Translations under genes and position numbers: made by a program | Assembly: GCA_038045765.1 (NCBI GenBank) | Contig: JBBSXN010000005.1 | Span: forward strand, 136,218-200,217 | DNA from: Nanobdellota archaeon | GTDB lineage: Archaea > Nanobdellota > Nanobdellia > Pacearchaeales > GW2011-AR1 | DNA: 64,000 nucleotides | Direction: 5' to 3' | The notes under the pieces: generated by a model | Seen by the model: the letters and a program-made list of their open reading frames with translations, nothing else | Database searches by the model: none | Told to the model about the DNA's origin: nothing | Shown: positions 59,459 to 64,000 of the stretch, piece after piece | Layout of the letters: every line of letters starts with the position of its first letter | Position numbering within the stretch: the stretch's first letter is position 1

Positions 59459-59545
59459 CAAGGAACTTGAAAGAAAAACCTGCCTTTTAAGGCGTGTTAG
59501 TTCCTTGAGCATCCTAAAAACGAGTGTCTAACACATCGTTTTTTT
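59459..59545 (+). ncRNA. candidate structured RNA element: long-range stem + AGCATCCTAAAA motif (copy 2) + terminator-like hairpin/U-tract
   Basis: CAAGGAACT (59459-67) pairs with AGTTCCTTG (59499-507). This is followed by AGCATCCTAAAA (59508-19), then stem ACGAGTGT/ACACATCGT and T7 (59539-45). Lies between the ZIP gene and tRNA-Ala. Confidence 0.3.
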
Positions 59546-59552
59546 GATTTAA

Positions 59553-59623
59553 GGGCCTGTGTTTCAATGGTAGAATTTTTCCATGGCATGGAAGAGATCC
59601 GAGTTCGATTCTCGGCAGGTCCA
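59553..59623 (+). tRNA. tRNA-Ala(GGC)
   Basis: GGGCCTG...CAGGTCC-A with the G3:U70 Ala identity pair. Anticodon stem-loop TTTCC-ATGGCAT-GGAAG, T-arm CCGAG-TTCGATT-CTCGG. Confidence 0.85.
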
Positions 59624-59627
59624 TTCA

Positions 59628-59652
59628 AGAACCAAGGTTCTTCTGAACTCCT
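59628..59652. repeat. palindrome element, copy 3 (AGAACCAAGGTTCT + ..ACTCCT)
   Basis: AGAACCAAGGTTCT at 59628-59641, 4 nt after the tRNA-Ala 3' end, followed by TCTGAACTCCT. TTTTATAC and ATG 59719 lie downstream. Confidence 0.55.
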
Positions 59653-59718
59653 AAAGTCATAATTAAATTTAGAAACGCTTTTATACTACTTTAAACTTAC
59701 AACTTTCAAGAGGAAAAG

Positions 59719-60564
59719 ATGAGCAAGACATTAGGAATAATTTCTATAAAAGGAGGAGTAGGCAAGACTAGTGTAGCTAGTTCGCTTGCTACTGATTTGG
59801 TTAATAATTATGGTAAAAGAGTTTTGTTGGTTGATGCAAATTATTCTGCTCCTAATTTAGGATTACATATGGATATTGTTGAACCTGAGAAGACAATTCA
59901 TGAGGTTTTGGCTGGAAAGGTAAGAATTGAGAGTGCAATACATAGTAAGTATGGTGTTGATGTTATTCCTGGAAGTTATTTACATCATGGTGAAATTGAT
60001 TGTATGAAGTTGAAAGATAGAATAAACAAGATAAAAAACAATTATGATTATGTAGTGATTGATTCTTCTCCTAATTTGAATGATGAGGTTTTGAGTGCTA
60101 TGGTGGCTTCAGATGCTTTATTTGTTGTTACAACTGGAGATTATCCTACTCTTTCGTGTAGTTTGAAAGCTGCTGAATTAGCTAGAAATAGAGGTAAGCC
60201 AATTGCTGGATTGATATTAAATAAAATAAGAAATCCAGATTATGAAATGAGTGTTAAGGAGATTGAGAACATATCTGGAATTCCTGTGGTTGCGAAAATT
60301 CCTGATGAAGGAGATCATGTAAAATCAGTATTTACAAGAATACCTATGAGTATTTACAATAGAAATAGTAAATTTTCAAGAGAGATAAATGATTTATCCG
60401 GAGCTATCACTGGAGAGAAGAAAAGTTTAAGGTGGTTTCATAAATTGTTACCTTTAGATTTGAAGAGAGAGAAAGTTAATAGAGAAATTATGAAACAAAA
60501 ATTTTATAATTCAGTATTTAGTAATAAGATTGATTTGTCCGAGGAGATGGGAAGTAATGAGTGA
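59719..60564 (+). CDS. MinD/ParA-family P-loop ATPase
   Basis: Deviant Walker A ISIKGGVGKTSVAS, VLLVDAN, VVIDSSP. Confidence 0.8.
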   Translation: MSKTLGIISIKGGVGKTSVASSLATDLVNNYGKRVLLVDANYSAPNLGLHMDIVEPEKTIHEVLAGKVRIESAIHSKYGVDVIPGSYLHHGEIDCMKLKDRINKIKNNYDYVVIDSSPNLNDEVLSAMVASDALFVVTTGDYPTLSCSLKAAELARNRGKPIAGLILNKIRNPDYEMSVKEIENISGIPVVAKIPDEGDHVKSVFTRIPMSIYNRNSKFSREINDLSGAITGEKKSLRWFHKLLPLDLKREKVNREIMKQKFYNSVFSNKIDLSEEMGSNE

Positions 60565-61021
60565 TAAGTGTATTTTCTGTGAGATTGTTGCAGGGAAAAT
60601 ACCTAGTTTTAAGATTTGGGAAGATGATAAGCATTTGGCTTTTTTATCTATATTTCCTAATACTGAAGGATTTAGTGTTGTAATACCAAAAAAACATTAC
60701 TCTAGTTATTTTGGAGATTTAGAGGATAATGTATTGAAAGATTTGATAATCGCTAGTAAGAAAGTTGCTAAATTAATTGACAATAAGTTGGAGGATGTTG
60801 GAAGAACTGGATTAATATTCGAAGGTTTTGGTGTTGATCATATACATGTTAAATTATTTCCAATGCATGGAACAAAAGATGTGAAGAAGTGGAAACCTCT
60901 TAAATCTAATATTGATAAATACTTTGAAAAATATGAAGGATATATTTCAAGTCACGATTATAAGAGGGCAGATGATAAAGATTTAGCTAAATTAGCCGAG
61001 AAGATAAAGGGTAAGAAATAA
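60557..61021 (+). CDS. HIT-family hydrolase
   Basis: CIFCEIVAGKIPS...DDKHLAFLSIFPNTEGFSVVIPKKH and VDHIHVKLFP. ATG 60557 overlaps the ParA-like stop by 8 nt. Confidence 0.8.
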   Translation: MSDKCIFCEIVAGKIPSFKIWEDDKHLAFLSIFPNTEGFSVVIPKKHYSSYFGDLEDNVLKDLIIASKKVAKLIDNKLEDVGRTGLIFEGFGVDHIHVKLFPMHGTKDVKKWKPLKSNIDKYFEKYEGYISSHDYKRADDKDLAKLAEKIKGKK

Positions 61022-61022
61022 A

Positions 61023-61898
61023 ATGGAGCAGTGGGTAATATTTATTCTTATAGCAACTGTTTTTACAGCTTTTGAGTCTTTAATTTCTAAAAAAATATTA
61101 TATAAAGAACATGCTATGGAGTTTACTGCTGTTTTTGGATTGTTTTTTCTTGTGGTCTCAGCCCCATTATTCTTTTTTGTAGATTATGATATAATAAATT
61201 TTAAAGTTCTTGCTTTGGTATTTATAGCAACGCTCTTATCAGTTATGGGTTCCATATTTATGCATAAAAGCATGAGGCATACTGATGTTGGAACTGTAAT
61301 GTCTTTGTGGGTATTAGGTCCTGGTTTTGCGGCTTTATCAGCATTTATTTTTCTTGGAGAAAAATTAAGTTATGTACAAATGAGCGGTATAGCTTTATTG
61401 ATAGTAGGTGCTTATATATTAGAATCTAAGAATCATCAAAGAATTTTTGATCCTTTCAAAATGTTATTTAAAAAGAAATATCTTAGATATGTATTAATTG
61501 CTTTAGTTATTTATGCTTTTGCAGCTACTCTTAATAGATATCTTCTTTCTGATTTAAACATGCAAGTAGAAAGCTTTATCGCTTTTTCGGCTTTATTTTA
61601 TGCTTTCTTTGGTTTCACAGCTCTTAATTTATTTCATAATGGTCTTAAAGGAATGAAAAATGGTATTAGTAATGTTGGATGGTGGGTTTTGATAGTTGCT
61701 TTATTTTCTTTGTTGACTTCATATTATCAGGCTGAAGCTATGGTACTTGCACCAGTAGGACTTGTTTTAACTGTTAAAAGGTTGGCTACGTTAATTGTTA
61801 TTGTAATTGGTGGAGAGATGTTCCATGAAAAAGATCTACTAAAGAAATGTATTTCTGCAGTAATAATGATTGCTGGTGTTTTGTTAATTGTAAGTTGA
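61023..61898 (+). CDS. EamA/DMT-superfamily transporter
   Basis: 10 TM helices in two 5-TM halves, 291 aa. Confidence 0.7.
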   Translation: MEQWVIFILIATVFTAFESLISKKILYKEHAMEFTAVFGLFFLVVSAPLFFFVDYDIINFKVLALVFIATLLSVMGSIFMHKSMRHTDVGTVMSLWVLGPGFAALSAFIFLGEKLSYVQMSGIALLIVGAYILESKNHQRIFDPFKMLFKKKYLRYVLIALVIYAFAATLNRYLLSDLNMQVESFIAFSALFYAFFGFTALNLFHNGLKGMKNGISNVGWWVLIVALFSLLTSYYQAEAMVLAPVGLVLTVKRLATLIVIVIGGEMFHEKDLLKKCISAVIMIAGVLLIVS

Positions 61899-61932
61899 TT
61901 ATATTTAAATAGAAGATTTATTAGTGTTTTTT

Positions 61933-62433
61933 ATGTATAATTCTGAGAAAGCACATTATATTGCAGTTACTGGAATAATTTTGAAAGATGGTAAATATCT
62001 TATTGCTAAAAGAGCTGAATGGGAGCCTGATTTTCCTGGAAAGTGGACTGTGCCTGGAGGAAAAGTAAGTATGACAGATTATTCTCATAGAAAGCCAGAC
62101 ACTGAAGGCGGTAAACAATGGTATAATGTACTTGAAGAAGCTTTGAGAAGAGAAGTAAGAGAGGAAGTAGGATTAGAGATAAGAGATATAGGTTATGTTA
62201 CAAATTTAGTCTTTATTAGGAAAGATAATATTCCATGCATGGTTGTAAGTTTGTTTGGTTATGCTGTTTCTGATGATGTTAAATTGAATAAAGATTTGTC
62301 TGAATATAAATGGGTAAGTGTTGAAGAAGCTAAGAAGTATGATATGATTGAAGGAATTGCTGAAGAGATCGAAATGGTCGATAATTTTCTTAAAACTGGA
62401 AAAGTTCCTGAGTGGAAGAGTTTGAGGAAATAG
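61933..62433 (+). CDS. NUDIX hydrolase
   Basis: Nudix box GGKVSMTD...EEALRREVREEVGLE. ATG 61933 (track GTG 61924). Confidence 0.8.
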   Translation: MYNSEKAHYIAVTGIILKDGKYLIAKRAEWEPDFPGKWTVPGGKVSMTDYSHRKPDTEGGKQWYNVLEEALRREVREEVGLEIRDIGYVTNLVFIRKDNIPCMVVSLFGYAVSDDVKLNKDLSEYKWVSVEEAKKYDMIEGIAEEIEMVDNFLKTGKVPEWKSLRK

Positions 62434-62490
62434 CACTAACTACTTTAGAATTAAAATAAAAGTATAAAAATAATCTTGCAGTTTATTATT

Positions 62491-63312
62491 ATGGATTTTA
62501 AAATAGACAAAGATTTTGCATTACTGTATGGAATAATGCTGGGAGATGGGTGCTTGTCTTTATGTAATAGAAAAAATAGACGAACTAAAATGAAGATTCT
62601 CACAATTACTGGTTCTTCTATTGATGATGTTCCTTTCTTTGAAAATGTTATTCATCCCATCTTGCGAAGACTTCGAGGTAAGGATACAAATATAAAATTT
62701 GTAAAAAATGAAAATACTATTACTTTTAACTTTAGTGACGAGAAACTTTTTGATTTCTTATCTCAGACTGGTTTTCCGATAGGAAAAAAGCTAGATAGAT
62801 TATTTATTCCTAAAATCTTTTATGATATGAATTTAGTTAAATATGTTGTTGCAGGATTCTTTGCTACTGATGGAAGTTTAGTTTTAACTAAAAATCCAAA
62901 TAAATATTATCCTCGACTTGAAATTCATGTAATCTCAAAGATTTTACTTAAAGAAGTTTATGACTATCTTTTATCTCTCGGTTTTAAAGGAGCTTTATAT
63001 AAATGCAAGAGAGTGAATGTATCTCCAGGAGCTTATAGAGAAATGAATCAAAAATATAGAGTACAATTTAACGGTAAAGATAATCTTTTATTATTTGAAA
63101 ATAAAATTGGATTTGTAAATCCTAAATATAAGGAAAAGTTTGATAATTTTTTATTATATGATCAAGATTATGATTTACTATCTCTTAATTTAACTAAAGA
63201 AAATCTTAAATCTGCTAAATTGAAAGTTAATAGTATTTACGGAAATAAAATGGCACTGGGGAGAATTGAACTCCCGACCCCTAGCTTTCTCAAGCCTTCT
63301 TCATCTCCATGA
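62491..63312 (+). CDS. free-standing LAGLIDADG-type homing endonuclease-like protein
   Basis: Motifs LLYGIMLGDGCL and VVAGFFATDGSL. The last ~20 codons run antisense through tRNA-Met. Confidence 0.7.
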   Translation: MDFKIDKDFALLYGIMLGDGCLSLCNRKNRRTKMKILTITGSSIDDVPFFENVIHPILRRLRGKDTNIKFVKNENTITFNFSDEKLFDFLSQTGFPIGKKLDRLFIPKIFYDMNLVKYVVAGFFATDGSLVLTKNPNKYYPRLEIHVISKILLKEVYDYLLSLGFKGALYKCKRVNVSPGAYREMNQKYRVQFNGKDNLLLFENKIGFVNPKYKEKFDNFLLYDQDYDLLSLNLTKENLKSAKLKVNSIYGNKMALGRIELPTPSFLKPSSSP

Positions 63313-63343
63313 GACTAGTGCTCTACCACTGAGCTACAGTGCC
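63251..63343 (-). tRNA. tRNA-Met/CAT-anticodon tRNA with ~21-nt intron
   Basis: Minus strand GGCACTGTAGCTCAGTGGTAGAGCA-CTAGT-CTCATG[gagatgaagaaggcttgagaa]A-GCTAG-GGGTC-GGGAGTTCAATTCTCCC-CAGTGCC-A. Intron ATGA can pair with the TCAT of the anticodon loop. Confidence 0.8.
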
Positions 63344-63393
63344 GAAAGTTGGAAAATAAGAAGATTTATAAGTTTACTGGAAAGTTGAATTTT

Positions 63394-63732
63394 ATGGACT
63401 TGAATGGAGTTATATCTGATATGGCTAGAGATATAAGAGAAGTTGAACCTAGACTATTAGAATATTGGGAGCAATGTGACTATTTAATGGCAAGAGCAGA
63501 ATTTCTTGGTTTTTTAGCAAGGAGCAATTATCATCATTTTGCAACAAGGATTTCAGAAGGATTTGACAGAGGTGTTGCTGTTGTTGGTAGTATAACTTAT
63601 ATTAGTGATCTTTTAAATCGAGGTAAAGATTTTTCTACTAGAAGTGTTGAAAGCTCTTTGAAACAACTGAAAGCAAGTTTAGCACAGACTGCTTTGTCTG
63701 ATGGGCCTAGAGATTTAACAATAAAATTATAA
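63394..63732 (+). CDS. hypothetical protein (112 aa)
   Basis: ATG 63394 lies ~28 nt after GATTTATAAG; the track TTG start is 63349. No family recognised. Confidence 0.4.
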   Translation: MDLNGVISDMARDIREVEPRLLEYWEQCDYLMARAEFLGFLARSNYHHFATRISEGFDRGVAVVGSITYISDLLNRGKDFSTRSVESSLKQLKASLAQTALSDGPRDLTIKL

Positions 63733-63754
63733 ACTGATTTATCTTGTTTTATTT

Positions 63755-63985
63755 ATGGTTGTTGAAATAGCTCAGAATGTTTCTAATTTGCCTGGGATAA
63801 TTGGAAGTATAGGTGGAATCGCTTTATGGCTGCAGGCTGTTGGAGTTGTAGTAATTTTATGGATGATATTTGAAGCTTTCGCCCTTTATTTTGCTACTAA
63901 GAGGATGAAGGAAATTCACGTTATAAAGAAAGATATGGCTAGAATAGAAGGTAAGATTGATAGGATATTGAGTAGGAAGAAATAG
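63755..63985 (+). CDS. small membrane protein with C-terminal amphipathic helix
   Basis: One or two TM helices (GIIGSIGGIALWLQAVGVVVILWMIFEAFALYF) followed by a charged helix. Confidence 0.4.
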   Translation: MVVEIAQNVSNLPGIIGSIGGIALWLQAVGVVVILWMIFEAFALYFATKRMKEIHVIKKDMARIEGKIDRILSRKK

Positions 63986-64000
63986 TAAAATATTAATTGC

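Noticed and set aside
1-64000. rRNA genes, CRISPR arrays, cas genes, restriction-modification, toxin-antitoxin pairs, prophage or transposon genes
   Set aside because: I scanned the ORF translations and intergenic regions and recognised none. The only GC-rich non-coding islands are the nine tRNAs and the 18.3-kb stretch noted above.

Overview
AT-rich (about one-third G+C by eye), very gene-dense archaeal chromosome segment. The information-processing genes are archaeal: RadA, TFB, aIF2-alpha, aEF-1beta, SRP54/FtsY, r-proteins eL42/eS1/eS8/eS27/uS15, an Sm-like protein, RPA, a GINS-like protein, a RecJ/GAN-like DHH protein, Bud32 and archaeal-type UMP kinase. Two tRNAs carry introns, and many ATGs lie about 25-30 nt after a TATA box, suggesting leaderless genes. 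Together with sparse metabolism this fits a small-genome DPANN-type archaeon (inference only). I call about 75 CDS and 9 tRNAs. I see no rRNA, CRISPR array, integrase, transposase or reverse transcriptase. Most of the window is housekeeping. Main points of interest: (1) A minus-strand surface-protein operon (45609-55498). Its 2210-aa product has three LamG/ConA-like lectin modules, Ig-like repeats and an in-frame C-terminal tail with two sigma70-region-4/LuxR-like HTH motifs behind a short hydrophobic stop-transfer-like segment. A recently duplicated module sits in the neighbouring gene, and the promoter region carries ordered direct repeats. (2) A plus-strand operon (30565-38854) encodes exported proteins of unrecognisable family, including a 1735-aa Cys-rich giant and a 611-aa protein with a type-IV-pilin-like signal. 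An A24 prepilin peptidase and a VKOR-like protein lie elsewhere in the window. (3) Two double-length dCTP-deaminase/dUTPase-fold paralogues, one apparently lacking the catalytic Glu. (4) A 26-nt palindrome-containing element present three times, next to tRNA genes and bracketing a 1.9-kb cassette. (5) An Ofd1/Tpa1-like 2OG-oxygenase pair separated by a -1 frame change at homopolymer tracts. Also noted: an unlisted Nop10-like mini-ORF, free-standing LAGLIDADG genes abutting tRNAs, and recurrent hairpin motifs. All family assignments come from reading motifs by eye; no searches were run.
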